From NCBI GenBank assembly GCA_964016885.1, contig CAXHJY010000769.1:124001-188000 (forward strand): a stretch of 64,000 bases of DNA, given 5' to 3'. The translations under genes and the position numbers were made by a program. Shown here piece after piece: positions 36,401-52,132 of this stretch (positions are counted from its first letter, which is position 1; every line of letters begins with the position of its first letter). The notes beneath the pieces were generated by a model. The model made no database searches and was not told the origin of the DNA. It was given only the letters and a program-made list of their open reading frames with translations. This DNA comes from Eledone cirrhosa (taxonomy: Eukaryota).

Positions 36401-39243
36401 CTGCAACAGCCCTTGAGATGGTTTGGTCACGCAGCCCGGCTTCCTGAGGGTGAACTGATCCGCGATGTTCTTCTCCCACCTCCACTCCGTAACTGGCACA
36501 AGCGCGTTGGCGGGCAGCTGAAGACCTGGGCAACAACGATCAAGGAGGACCTCTTCGAACTTTCAGGTTCGCAGATGGTCGCTATCTCCAGTGACCTAGT
36601 CTGGGACCGTCGTGCGTGGTCTGCCATGGTTCGGGATGCTGTCAGAACAAGGGAAGAAGCCGGCTCAACCTGTCCAGAGTGAATGTCGACACAAGTACAA
36701 GTAAGTACATGGTGGGCACGGTTATGGCTCAAGAAATGAAGAAGGAGTGAGGCTTCTTGAATTTTGTGATGCAAGTGCACTAACCATTTGCAACGCTTCA
36801 AGAAACCTACCAACCACCTAATAACCTACAAATCAGGCGAGCACAAAGCCAGATTGACTTCTTGCTAGTTAAGCAGCGAGACAGACAGATGGTGTCAAAT
36901 ACCAAGGCATACCCCGAGGAAGAATGTACCCCGCAGCATAGGTTAGTCGTTAGCGACATCTCATTAAGCAAGAGACAGAATGAGACATACAGGAAGGTGT
37001 GGAAAAGAAAGGTCTGGAAGCTAAAAGACCTTTCACTAAAATATAAATTTAGGAAAGCCCTTCAAGATGTGTATGATGAAAAAGAAGACGATTTAGAGTC
37101 GTATGACATAGATGATAACTGGAATTTCTTACGTGACAACTCACTGCAGGCTACTGAAGAAACATATGGTTGGGGCAGAGCTCTAACAAGACACAGAGTG
37201 ACCTGGTGGTGGAACAGCACAGTAGATAGGGCCATTAGAGACAAAAGACTAGCATGGAACACTTGAAAAAAATGGTGGGAGTAGAGAAGGATACACAGCC
37301 GCTAAGAGAGAAGCTAGACATCAGGTGTACTTAGCACGCAGGGATGCTGAGAGTAGGAGGTTTGCCATGTTCTGCGACGGGAAGATCAGAGATGTGCAGT
37401 TTTCCGCATTGCAAGGCAGTGTGTCAGTGCAAATCAGGATGTTGTTGGAGATAAGTGTGTCTGGAATGATGATGGTGTACTTAGTGTCACGAATGATCAG
37501 AAAAAAAAAGGCCTGCAAATGTCATTATGAGACTGATGAATGTGGAGAACGAATGGGAGAGAGAGAAATTATCCCCAGTAGACCCGACAGAGGGACCAGC
37601 TAATGAGATTGATGAATATAGGGTCCAAGAAGCAATTAAGAAATGGTAAGGCCGCTGGACCATCGGGGATAGTTGCTGAGATGCTGAAGGCATCAGGGGA
37701 CGTAGGCACTAAACTGGTTGCCCGCATCATCAATCAAGCTATATATGGCGGTGTCATACCCAAAGACTGGTGCAGCAGTATTCTCATAAATTGCTACAAA
37801 GGTAAAGGGGATGTTCTGGAGAGGAGCAATTACAGGGGTATAAAGCTGATGGATCAGGTTATGAAAGTAGCAGAGAGAATATTAGCACAACTGATTAGAG
37901 AAAGGGTCAAAATAGATGAGTTGCAGTTTGGTTTTGTGCCTGGGAAAAGTACAACAGATGTCCTCTTGTTAGTGAGATAACTACAAGAGAGGTTCTTAGA
38001 GAAGAATAAGCCACTATACTTAGCTTTTGTTGACCTAGAGAAGGCCTTTGATAGGGTTTCCCCGATCTGTCATCTGGTTGTCCCTAAGGAAACTAGGTGT
38101 AGAGGAATGACTTGTGAGAGCAGTGCAAGCTTTGTACAGAGGTGCTGTCAGTAAAGTGAGAGTAGGAATGGAGTTCAGATAGGAATTCCAGATAGAAGTA
38201 GGAGTACATCAGGGTTTGGTCATCAACCCGCTCGTGTTCATTATAGTCCTCCAAGCCATAACAGAAGAGTTTAAAACTGGCTGCCCATGGGAACTTCTCT
38301 ATGCTGATGATCTGATTCTTATAGCAAAATCAGTAGAGGAGGTAAAGAAGAAATTCTGGCTATGGAAACAGCAGTTTGAATCAAGAGGACTGAGAGTGAA
38401 CATAGCTGAGATAAAAGTGTTGATAAGTAGAAAAGAGGACAAAACTCTGATTCCGTCAGGGAAATGGCCATGTTCGATATGTAGAAAAGGAATTGGCATA
38501 AATTCTATAAAATGCACACAATGCAGATCTTTGGTACACAAGAGAGGTAGTGGGATAGCAGGCAAACTTGACAGTAGTAATCGCAGTGATGACACATCTT
38601 TCAAATGCAGGTGGGTTCTATATTAGTGGTTGATAGCTTCCGGTACCTAGGTGATCAGATTAGCATGGGAGGGGGGTGTTCTGAGGCCATAGTATCTAGA
38701 ATAAAGACGGGTTGGAAGAAAATTAGGGAGCTGCTTCCTCTGTTGACAAAGAAGGTTTCTCCCTGCGTACGAAAGGACGGTTATATGATGCCTGTGTGTG
38801 ATGCGTGATGCTGCATGGTAGTGAGACATGGGCAGCAACTACAGAGGATATGCGATGGCAGGAGAGAAATGAAGCAAGCATGCTCCGTTGGATGTGCAAT
38901 GTCAATGTGCGTGAACGACCAAGCGTAGATGTATTGAGAGAGAAATTGTGTATAAGAGGAATAAGTTGTAGTGTGCAGGAGAGAAGACTGAGATGGTATG
39001 GGCATGTGGTGCACATGGAGGATGACCGCTGGGTAAAGAAGTGGCAGGAAATCCCAGTAGAAGGATGATGCAGTAGAGGTAGACCACGAAAAACATGGCG
39101 GAGGTGGTGAGAGCAGACCCCAGATCGCTGAAGCTCACGGAGGAGATGATGAAGGACGTGACAAGTGGAGAGATGCTGTGCTGAATAGGACCCGTGCCAC
39201 CCTTGCAAGCAGGGAAAAGCAGACGTAAAATGATGATGATGAC
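33443..39243 (+). mobile_element. Near full-length degraded RTE LINE (third subfamily, PHD insert), interrupted by a nested RTE
   Basis: [54 protein letters not shown]; (tga)n tail at 39230-39243. Confidence 0.9.
34240..36704 (+). mobile_element. Nested GC-rich RTE-clade LINE with 12-bp TSD
   Basis: TSD gtacatggtggg at 34228-34239 and 36705-36716; GDWNARTG, NYRGISL, GVRQGCALSPTLF, ILLYGCETW, GGQLKTW; tail acaagtacaagtaa. Confidence 0.93.
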
Positions 39244-39328
39244 ATATGCATACACTCTCTCTTTCTATATATATATATACACACACACATACACTATATA
39301 TATATACACATATACATACATATATATA

Positions 39329-39365
<37 letters not shown>

Positions 39366-39644
39366 CATACACTATATACATACATACACATACACTATAT
39401 ATATATACATATATACACATACACTATATATATATACATTACATATATATATATATTTATATATACACATACATAATTGTTTCTACTTGAGGCCCAAGGC
39501 CAGCAATTACCCAGTGCATTACTGGCACTTTATATACACATACATAATGTGGTCGTGTAGGTGATATGACAAAAAACACCCACCACACGCTGTAAATGTG
39601 GATGGCGTTGGGAAAGGCATCCAGCCGTCGGGGTCCTACTCGTT

Positions 39645-39702
<58 letters not shown>

Positions 39703-40018
39703 TACACTCTACAAACATATATATATATATACATACATTATATATGTGTGTCTGTGTGTAAACACACACACACGTTTGTATATGAGTATCGTTTCTTCCA
39801 TTAGAATTTTTGATTATGTATATGAATCACATCTGTACATGCTCATATAAACAGAGGTGCATAAAAATGCCTGCCTGTGGGTACAAAAAAAGGAAAGAGC
39901 CATCCAAGAAGTTATTTCATAAGTATTTAGTAGATTGCAGAGCAACAGAGAGAAATGAAACAAGTGTTAGAATACATTTAGTCTACCCAGTTTAGTTTAT
40001 ATATATATATATTCTTAA

Positions 40019-40239
40019 CCCTTTAGCATTCACACTACTGTCTATATACTATTGTATTTTTGTAGTAAACACTTTATCTTATATAATTATCTCACATAAT
40101 ATCGAGTCTATGAGATTTTGATGTTATTTATTTTGAGAACAATATCTCAATGTCAGTATGAGTGGCCAGTTACTGCCAGTTTTAACAGAAAGAGGTGAGA
40201 CATTTCTGGCCGGATACGGCCGGTTTGAATGCTAAAGGG
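40019..40239. mobile_element. piggyBac-type MITE
   Basis: TIRs ccctttagcattca and tgaatgctaaaggg; flanked by TTAA on the left and TTTA on the right. Confidence 0.75.
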
Positions 40240-41939
40240 TTTATATATAAAAGGAAGTAACGCTGACATGTCCACCAGGACTGTGACGCATGTGCAATTT
40301 CCTTGTCATGAGAATTGCTCGCTATACAACAGCAAAATACATCTGTCAAGATATATTAACCAATTGTAATGCATATATCGATATATATATATACACCACA
40401 CAATCTATTTACTTAGCTATCTATAAATCTGTCAACTACAGCTATTTCATATACATATCCCCGTTGCCTAAAATTTTTGTTTTAGATTATTTCTTAATCC
40501 AACAAAAATTACAGTGTACAAGTAATGTTTGTCCCTCTCTTCCAAGTTCTCTTCTCTCCCAGTCTGTCTTGTTTTAACTCTGAAGTTGAAAGTCACTATT
40601 CACTAAACTATTTTGGGTGGTTCATTCTTTACTAGGGAAGGACTTTGTATTTATGACCATCAGTCTACTCCCATATAGATATATATATACATATTATCAT
40701 GTCATCATCCTTATTATCAACATCACTACTGTTTTACATCTATTTTCCATGCTTGCATATTCCAAGGCCAGACGTGAAATGACTTTAGTTCATACATTCC
40801 ATTTTGGGCTTGGTTTCCACAACTGGATGACCTTCTTAATGCCAACTACTTCATGGTGTAGCGAGTGCTACTATCACCTAACAGGATGGACGGGTGCTTT
40901 CATTGTGGCACCAGCACTACCACTTTTTAAATACGGGTGCTTGCTGTGTCCTTAGCCAGGCTGGGAAGGCAGAGCTAGATGTGGAGGTGGGGCGAGGCAA
41001 CAGCGAGAGAAAGTGCGAGGGAAAAGTGGCCTTAAGGGTGGCATCATGCAGTACAATGTGGAGTGGACCAGTCTTTCCATATTGGCATGCTTAGTCTAGG
41101 AGCATAGGATCTGGAAAAAGGGCAATAGTAAAATGGCAGAAGGGAAGACTGGAAAGTTTGATAAAAGCAGTATGGAAGGGGCATACTGCGGGGGGCATCA
41201 CCTACATACCATTGAATAAGAGAGTGAACAAACAAAATCTGATAATACAATGCGGAGGTGCTGGTATCTTTCCATGCTGTTATCAGTAGGACAGGAAAGG
41301 AGGAATCAAGGATGTGAATGGGAAGGAAGATCATATGTAAGAGGGGAATAACTAGGTTGAGTGAGAGGTTAGATAATGAGGTAGGGAGCATATTTAGCAG
41401 GAGGATGGGAACCTAAATATCATTTCACCTCTCTGCCTTTACCATCCTCTTTATGCTCTTTTCATCCCATGTAGGAATGTGGGTCTTCTGCAGCAGGCAT
41501 ATCACCAGTTGATTCAATCCTATCTCATCTCCTTCCTAAGGTTCAGGTTTGTGAGGTCAGCCTTTATCGCACCATCCCAAATGTTTCTTGGTGTACCTTT
41601 TTCACTATTTCCACTAACATTGAATGTTGTGCACTTTTTTATGCTCTTATCTTCTATATGTATCACATGCCCATATCATTGCATCCAATCCCTCTTGTGC
41701 TCATCTTTTCTCTTATTGCTATTACACATCCACTGAAGCATGCTGGCCTCATTTCTCTCCAATCATTGCAGATCCTCTGCATTCAACGTCCAAGTTTCAC
41801 TTCCATGCACCATTGCTGTTTGCAAACAAGCATCATGCAGTTTATTTTTCATCTTGAGGGAGAAACTCTTTGTAGCTACCCAGTACTCATTATTCAAGAA
41901 TATCAATCCAACTGCTATACACATATACCTATGCAAAAA

Positions 41940-42370
41940 GTAAACGTAAAATTTAACATTTGATATCGTAGGAAAATAGTCTTTACGTTACAGACACTAG
42001 CCCTTCATCAGAAGATAGATGAAAAATAAAAGATGAAATAGAACGATAGAGAATGAGAAGATGAAGGAACAGAAAACAATTCCTTTAAAGTATGACTGGC
42101 AAGAACTTAAGGAGAAAATCTCATCAGTGTTATACCAAGATGCCAAACTAGAACACGGAGGTTCAATAGATAACATAGAAATAAAGATCTACCACACATA
42201 GAACTGACACAACACTCAGACAAATTATAGAGGCCACACAGATAATAGAAGATAGACCAAACCTGAACAGAAAACACAGGTGGAATAGTAACAACCTACA
42301 ATTTAATGACTAAAGACAGAAAATGGGGAAAAATAAGAGACAAACAATGAAAGATACAAACCCAAAGACA
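41940..42370 (-). mobile_element. Penelope pLTR-like remnant with a degenerate minimal hammerhead
   Basis: Minus strand tcttCTGATGAagggctagtgtctGTAACGTaaaga resembles the CTGATGA..GAAACGT motif of Penelope elements. Confidence 0.45.
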
Positions 42371-42373
42371 CAC

Positions 42374-42426
<53 letters not shown>

Positions 42427-42429
<3 letters not shown>

Positions 42430-42845
42430 TCATCACTGTTTTTCGCCCATTCTTCCACGCTAGAATGGGTTACACGGGTTGTCCTGTTGTGGCCAATGTC
42501 AGGTCGGGTGACCATGTCTTGCTCGTACGGGAACTGATTTTGGCTTGATTTCTACAGCTGGATGTTCTTCCTAACACCAACCTCATTTACAGTGAGTACT
42601 GGGTGCTTTTTTACTGTGGCACCTACACGACCACTTTACAGTGTGGACTGAATGCTATTTTGTCGTGACACCTCTACGACCTCTTTGCAGTGGGAGGGAG
42701 TGGGGGGCATATTGTCTATATGCTCCAGCTTGTACTTTGCTCAATCAGTCCTGTATGAGCAAGACACGGTCACCTGATCTAGCATTACCCACAACAGGAA
42801 AACCCGTCTAACCCATACTAGCGTGGAGACATCGACGTAAAACAG

Positions 42846-42880
<35 letters not shown>
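42427..42880. mobile_element. Two RTE 3'UTR/tail fragments joined head-to-head
   Basis: catcatcac tail at 42427 on a minus-strand copy and (gat)n tail at 42845-42880 on a plus-strand copy. Confidence 0.85.
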
Positions 42881-42893
42881 GGTGTAGTGTATA

Positions 42894-43003
<110 letters not shown>

Positions 43004-43004
43004 C

Positions 43005-43678
43005 ATGGCCACAGGAAGGAGGTGAGTGACTTGGTGGTGGAACAATAAGGTAGATGAGGCAGTTAAGGCCAAGAGACAGGCATGGAAAGAATGGAAGAAC
43101 GGGGTAAGCAGGGTACATTACATAGAGACCAGGAGGGAAACTAGGCGACAAGTATACTTAGCTAGGAGGGAAGCAGAGGATAGAAAATTCAAGCATGTTT
43201 TGCAACGTGAGGACCAGAAACAGGAGGTGTTCAAGAGTGTCAGAGAGAATTGTGATGTCATTGGAGAGAAGTGTATCCGGAATGATAAAGGTGAGCTTGC
43301 CCTCACAAGTGCTGAGAAGAAAGATGCGTGGAAGAGCCCATTATTACAGATTACTAAATGAGGAGAATGCATGGGAAGAAGAGACCCTACCCCAAGTAGA
43401 CCCTATAGAGGGGCCAGCAGTACAAGTCAGCAGCAGCGTAGTAAAGCAATCAAAGATATGAAGACGGGGAAAACAACCGGTCCATCGGGTATAGCTGCCG
43501 AGATGCTGAAGGCATCTGGGTCTGTAGGTCACACTATAACCACACGTATTGTTAACCAGGTAATACTAGGTGTCATACCAAAGGATTGGTGCAGTAGCAT
43601 CATTGTCAACTGCTACAAAGGTAAAGGTGATGCACTAGATAGAGGAAACTATAGAGGTATAAAGCTGGTGGACACGAC
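43005..43678 (+). mobile_element. RTE internal fragment (linker to start of RT)
   Basis: TWWWNNKVDEAVK..GPSGIAAEMLKASG..NYRGIKL; close relative of 32660-33190. Confidence 0.88.
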
Positions 43679-43721
43679 GTATATATACATATACATACAC
43701 CTATATATACACATATACATA

Positions 43722-45082
43722 CATCATCATCATCAACGTTTAACGTCCGTGTTCCACGCTTGCATGGGTTTGGACGGGGGTAGTCCCACTTGAGGCAAGA
43801 GTGATTGTCTTGCTCGCATAGGACTGTCTGGCAGGTTTTCTACAGTTGGATGCCCTTCCTAACACCAACCACATTTACAGTGTGGGTCTGGGAGGTTTTT
43901 ACCGTGTTGCCTACACGGCCACATTACAGCGTGGACTGTGTGTTTTTTTGTCGTGACACCTACACGGTCTCATTTGTTTCGGCCTGGGTGGCGCGGCACC
44001 AACATAACTTTACATAGAACGGGGTCGTGTGGATGGGGTGGGGGTGGTGGGGGTGGGACGGGGTGTATTTTGTTAGAGATGCCTACTGGCTGTAGTAGGT
44101 TTTACTATGTATTTAGGTAAGGCGGGTCTTCGCTGTTACTGAGTACCGCCAAAGGTCTCGGTCCAGTGACATTGTCTTGGAGAGGTGTAAGTGTGTGAGG
44201 TCGGAGTTTATCAGCTCGTCCCAGGTTTTTCTAGGTCTGCCTATTCCGTGGCTACCGTCTATCTTTATTGCCCTGCACTTTGTTATACAGCTATCGACTT
44301 TCATGCACATCACGTGTCCATACCAACGTAGCCTTCTCTCAAGTAAACAACATCTGATCCCTCTTATTTCTAATTTTTTCCTTAGTTCGTTTATGCTTTG
44401 CCGTTCACGTATATTACTGTTACACATCCAGCGGAGCATGCAAGCATCGTTCCTCTCTAGTCTGCGTATATCCTCTGCACACAATGCCCAGGTCTCACTG
44501 CCATGCAACATTGCTGTTCGTATGCAGGCATCGTACAACCTGCCTTTCATTTTTAGGGAGAACCCTTTAGCAGCTAATAGTGGTATTATAAGCTCTCTGA
44601 ACTTTTTCCAACCAGTTCTGACTCTAGCTACTGTACTTTCAGAGCACCCTCCCCCACTGCTGATTTTATCGCCCACTTAACGGAAGCTGTCCACTATTTC
44701 TATAGAACCCTCTGCGCAATTGAAAGAGCTAGTATGTTGTGGGCACTTGCTGCTACTTATTGCACCAGAGCACCGGCCACATGTAAAAACTATGTTCTTA
44801 GTTAGCTTACCTGTGATCCCACTACATCTTTTATGCACCCATACTTTGCATTTGGGACATAAAATGGAGTTTCTACCTACGCCTTTCCTACACACCGAGC
44901 ACCCATTTCCAGAAGGGACCGCCGCCTTATTTTCTTTCGTACAAACTAGAACTTTAGTCTTAGCCAGGTTAATTTTAAGGCCTTTTGATTCTAGGCCGTG
45001 CTTCCATGTTTGGAATTTCTTCTCTAGCTCGGCCATTGATTCCGCTATGAGTGTCAGGTCGTCTGCGTATAGGAGTTCCCAT
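43722..45082 (-). mobile_element. 5'-truncated RTE LINE (PHD subfamily)
   Basis: [19 protein letters not shown]; (TGA)n tail; TA arrays on both sides. Confidence 0.95.
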
Positions 45083-45229
45083 ACATATATATATGTACAT
45101 ATATACATACATATATATATACATACATATATATATATATATTTATACATATATTATATGTATATATATATATATATATACACATATATATATGTATATA
45201 TATATATATATATACATATATATATACAC

Positions 45230-45270
<41 letters not shown>

Positions 45271-45366
45271 CACATATATATATGTAATATATTATATACA
45301 TACATATATATATATACACATATTTATATATGTATATATATATATATTATACATATATTTATATAC

Positions 45367-45399
<33 letters not shown>

Positions 45400-45528
45400 T
45401 ACATAATATACATATATATATATATACATACATATATATATATTACATACATATATATATATACACATATATATTATGTATATATATATATATATAATAC
45501 ATATATATATATACATATATATATATAC

Positions 45529-45561
<33 letters not shown>

Positions 45562-46006
45562 TATATATTTATATATTATATATATATACAATATTAATAT
45601 ATATATATATAATATTATAAGTACATAATATACATATATATATATTTATATTTATATATATATAATACTTAATATATATATAATATTATGTATATATATA
45701 TATACATACATATATTTATACATATATTATGTTATATATATCTATATATATACATACATATATATATACATATATATATGTATTTATATATATACATACA
45801 TATATATATACATATATATATGTATATATATATATATATATACATACATATATATATACATATATATTTATATGATATAATATATATATATATATATTTA
45901 TATACATACATATATATTATACATATAATATGTATATATATATATACATACATATATATATACATATATAGTATGTATATTATATATACATACATCATAT
46001 ATATAC

Positions 46007-46046
<40 letters not shown>

Positions 46047-46268
46047 GTATCATATATTATTATATACATATATATATATACATACATATATATATACATA
46101 TATATTTGTATATATATATGTATATATGATATATAGTATATACATACATATATATATACATAGTATATATGTATATATATATATATATACATACATATAT
46201 ATATATACATATATATATGTATATATATATGTATATATATATATATATATACATACATATATTTACAT
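45083..46268. repeat. (TA)n/(TACA) complex microsatellite
   Basis: Low-complexity tatatacata array. Confidence 0.97.
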
Positions 46269-47718
46269 ATCATCATCAGGTTTAGCGTACGTGTTCCACG
46301 CTTGCATGGGTTTGGACGGGGGGTTTTCCCACTTGAGGCAAGAGTGGTTGTCTTGCTCGCATAGGACTGTCTGGGCGGGTTTTCTACAGTTGGATGCCCT
46401 TCCTAACACATACCACATTTACAGTGTGGGGCTGGGAGGTTTTTTACCGTGTTGCCTACACGGCCACATTACAGTGTGGACTGTCTGGCGGGTTTTCTAC
46501 AGCTGGATGCCCTTCCTAACACCAACCACATTTACAGTGTGGGGCTGGGAGGTTTTACCGTGTTTGCCTACACGGCCACATTTACAGCATGGACTGTGTG
46601 TTTTTTGTCGTGACACCTACACGATCTCATTTGTTTCGGCCTGGATGTTGTGGGACCAACATAACTTTACATTGAAAGGGGCGGTGTGGGGTGGGGTGGA
46701 GGTTGGTGGACGGGGGTGTGTTTTGATAGAGATGCCTACTGACTGTAGTAGGTTTTTACTTTGTATTTAGGTAAGGCGGGTCTTCTCTATTACTGAGTAC
46801 CGCCAAAGGTCTCGGTCCAGTGACATTGTCTTGGAGAGGTGTAAGCGTGTGAGGTCGGAATTTATCAGCTCGTCCCATGTTTTTCTGGGTCTGCCTACTC
46901 CGTGGCTACCGTCTATCTTTATTGCCCTGCACTTTGTTATACAGCTGTCGTCTTTCATGCGCATCACGTGTCCATACCAACGTAGCCTTCTCTCAAGGTA
47001 AACAACATCTGATCCGTCTTATTTCTAATTTTTTCCTTAGTTCGTTTATGCTTTGCCGTTCACGTATATTACTGTTACACATCCAGCGGAGCATGCAAGC
47101 ATCGTTCCTCTCTAGTCTGCGTATATCCTCTGCACACAATGCCCCGCCCAGGTCTCACTGCCATGCAGCATTGCTGTTCGTATGCAGGCATCATACAACC
47201 TGCCTTTCATTCTTAGGGAGAACCCTTTAGCGGCTAATAGTGGTATAAGCTCTCTGAACTTTTTCCAACCAGTTCTGACTCTAGCTACTGTACTTTCAGA
47301 GCACCCTCCCCCACTGCTGATTTTGTCACCCAGATAACGGAAGCTGTCCACTATTTCTACAGAACCCTCTGCGCAGTTGAAGGAGCTAGTATTTTGTAGG
47401 CACTTGCTGCTACTTATTGCACCAGAGCACCGGCCACATGTAAAATCTATGTTCTTAGTTAGCTTACCTGTGATCCCACTACATCTTTTATGCACCCATA
47501 CTTTGCATTTGGGACATAAAATGGAGTTTCTACCTACGCCTTTCCTACACACTGAGCATGGCCATTTCCCAGATGGGACCGCCGCCTTATTTTCTTTCCT
47601 ACAAACTAGAACTTTAGTCTTAGCCAGGTTAATTTTAAGGCCTTTTGATTCTAGGCCGTGCTTCCATGTTTGGAATTTCTTCTCTAGCTCGGCCATTGAT
47701 TCAGCTATGAGCGTTAGA
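46269..47718 (-). mobile_element. 5'-truncated RTE LINE (PHD subfamily) with a ~110-bp duplication in the 3'UTR
   Basis: ORFs 47112-47765 and 46767-46967; ggactgtctggcgggttttctacag..cacggccacatt is duplicated at ~46364 and ~46478. Confidence 0.93.
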
Positions 47719-47864
47719 TATATATACATATATATATGTATATATATATATATATATACATACATACATATATATATACATATATATATGTATATATGTA
47801 TATATATATATTGTTATACTTTGGGAGGGTCATGTTGCCAATAATAGCAATAGCAACTGTCTGA

Positions 47865-47898
<34 letters not shown>

Positions 47899-48245
47899 CA
47901 TATATATACATATATATATATATATACATATATATACATATGTATACATATATATACATATATATATATACACATATATATACATATATATATATATATA
48001 CATATATATACATATGTATACATATATATACATATATATATATATACATATACATCTATATACATATATATATATATACATATATATATACATATATATA
48101 CATATATACATATATATACATATATATATACATATATATACATATATACATATATATACATATATACATATATATACATATATACATATATATACATATA
48201 TACATATATATATATACATATACATCTATATACATATATATATAC

Positions 48246-48276
<31 letters not shown>

Positions 48277-48283
48277 CATATAC

Positions 48284-48314
<31 letters not shown>

Positions 48315-48321
48315 CATATAC

Positions 48322-48368
<47 letters not shown>

Positions 48369-48369
48369 C

Positions 48370-48414
<45 letters not shown>

Positions 48415-49007
48415 TATATACATATATATATACATATATATATACATATATATACATATATATACATATATATACATATATATACATATATATATACATA
48501 TATATACATATATATATACATATATAGACATATATATACATATATATACATATATATACATATATATACATATATATATACATATATATACATATATATA
48601 TACATATATATACATATATATACATATATATACATATATATACATATATATACATATATATATACATATATATACATATATATACATATATATACATATA
48701 TATATACATATATATACATATATATATACATATATATATACATATATATACATATATATATACATATATATATACATATATATATACATATATATATATA
48801 TACATATATATACATATATATATATATATACATATATATACATATATATATATATATACATATATATACATATATATATATATACATATACATATATATA
48901 TATATACATATATATACATATATATATATATATACATATATATACATATATATATATATACATATACATATATATACATATATATATATACATATACATA
49001 TATATAC

Positions 49008-49040
<33 letters not shown>

Positions 49041-49043
49041 CAC

Positions 49044-49074
<31 letters not shown>

Positions 49075-49109
49075 CATATATATATATACATACATATACA
49101 TATATATAC

Positions 49110-49157
<48 letters not shown>

Positions 49158-49303
49158 ACATAAATATATATATACATATATATATATATACATATACATA
49201 TATATACATATATATATATACATATATATACATATATATATATACATATATATACATATATATACATATATATATACATATATACATATATACATATATA
49301 TAT

Positions 49304-49348
<45 letters not shown>

Positions 49349-49351
49349 TAT
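47719..49351. repeat. (TA)n/(TACA) complex microsatellite, ~1.6 kb
   Basis: Low-complexity array with a short unique island at 47810-47863. Confidence 0.97.
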
Positions 49352-49998
49352 ATTGCACCGACGTGAGGTATATGATTTTTAATGCAATGAAATATCTATG
49401 ATCGTCGGCAAATCACTGATGAGGGACTTATTTTATTACATGTTATTCATGTACAACCAGCAGTATTCTTCTCCCCATTTTTTCACATATATTTACTTAA
49501 ACTGCGATTCTGTTTTTTTTCTCTCTCTCTCTCTTACTGCTCCCTCGCTCTCTCCGTTTCTCCTACTTTCTTTCGCCCCCTCTGTCATGTCAGTTAACTC
49601 TTCCTCACACTTCCACTCACTCACTCACTGTTTCTCCTCTTCTCACTTCACCCCGTTCGCGACGAAATCATTTTCTCTCTTTCTCACATTTGAATTCGCT
49701 CCTGAAAGGTCTTTTTTCTAAGCGCTCATATATTCACCTAGCTTATGCTAACAGAATGACTATGAAGCTTGTTCCCTTCCTTCTACGGTTAGCTATCCTC
49801 TTTGTTGTTATCTTGTTTCACTCGCTTTACGCGTTTTAATTGTCCTAATAACTTAATTTAGTTATTATTGCACTGACGTGAGGTATATGATTTTTAATGC
49901 AATGAAATATCTATGATCGTCGGCAAATCACTGATGAGGGACTTATTTTATTACATGTTATCCATGTGCAACCAGCTGTATTCTTCTCCCCATTTTTT
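49351..49998. repeat. 515-bp-period tandem repeat (about 1.25 units), with a further copy at ~54720-55242
   Basis: attgcac.gacgtgaggtatatg..atgatcgtcggcaaatcactgatgagggac starts at 49352, 49867 and 55111 (ORF starts 49398, 49913 and 55158). Confidence 0.9.
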
Positions 49999-50730
<732 letters not shown>

Positions 50731-52132
50731 CTAATCAGAGAGAGAATTGATATAGATGAAATGCAGTTCGGGTTTGTGTCAGGTAAAAGTACCACAGACG
50801 CTGTTTTCATTGTATGAAAACTACAGGAGAAGTACCTAGCTAAAAGTAAACCCCTATACTTAGCTTTTGTTGACTTGGAGAAAGCCTTCGACAGAGTCCC
50901 CCGTTCTATTATCTGATGGGCTCTTAGAAAACTAGATGTTGACGAATGGCTTGTCAGAGCTATACAAGCCATGTATAAAGAAACAGTCACCAAGGTTAGA
51001 ATTAACAACGAATATAGTGAAGAGTTTAGCGTAAAAGTTGGTGTCCATTAGGGCTCTGTTCTTAGCCCCCTCCTATTTATTATTGCCCTTCAGGCTATGG
51101 CAGAGGAGTTCAAGACCAGCTGCCCATGGGAACTCCTATACGCAGATGATCTAACGCTCATAGCTGAATCAATGGCCGAGCTAGAGAAGAAATTCCAAAC
51201 ATGGAAGCACGGCCTAGAATCAAAAGGCCTTAAAATTAACCTGGCTAAGACTAAAGTTCTAGTTTGTAAGAAAGAAAATAAGGCGGCGGTTCCCTCCGGG
51301 AAGTGGCCATGCGCAGATTGTAGGAAAGGCGTAGGTAGAAATTCCATTTTGTGTCCCAAATGCAAAGTTTGGGTGCATAAAAGATGTAGTGGGATCACAG
51401 GTAAGCTAACTAAGAACATAGATTTTACATGTGGCCGGTGCTCTGGTGCAATAAGTAGCAGCAAGTACCCACAAAATACTAGCTCTTTCAATTGCACAGA
51501 GGGTTCTATAGAAATAGTGGACAGCTTCCGCTACCTGGGCGACAAAATCAGCAGTGGGGGGGGGGTGCTCTGAAAGTACAGTAGCTAGAGTCAGAACTGG
51601 TTGGAAAAAGTTCAGAGAGCTTATACCACTATTAGCCGCTAAAGGGTTCTCCCTAAGAATGAAAGGCAGGTTGTATGATGCCTGCATACGAACAGCAATG
51701 CTGCATGGCAGTGAGACCTGGGCATTGTGTGCAGAGGATATACGCAGACTAGAGAGGAACGAAGCTTGCATGCTCCGCTGGATGTGTAATAGTAACATAC
51801 GTGAACGGCAAAACATAAGCGAACTAAGGAAAAAATTAGAAATAAGAGGGATCAGATGTTGTTTACTCAAGAGAAGGCTACGTTGGTATGGTCACGTGAT
51901 GCGCATGAAAGACGACAGCTGTATAACAAAGTGCAGGGAAATAAAGATAGACGGTAGCTACGGAGTAGGCAGACCCAGAAAAACCTGGGACGAGCTGATA
52001 AATTCTGACCTCACACACTTACACCTCTCAAAGACAATGTCACTGGACCGAGACCTTTGGCGGTACTCAGTAATAGAGAAGACCCGCCTTACCTAAATAC
52101 AAAGTAAAACCTACTACAGCCAGTAGGCATCT
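50731..52132 (+). mobile_element. RTE LINE fragment (PHD subfamily), truncated at both ends
   Basis: [27 protein letters not shown]; breaks off early in the 3'UTR. Confidence 0.94.

Noticed and set aside
49415-49470. CTGATGAGGGAC as a complete hammerhead
   Set aside because: No matching stem II partner or GAAA follows nearby
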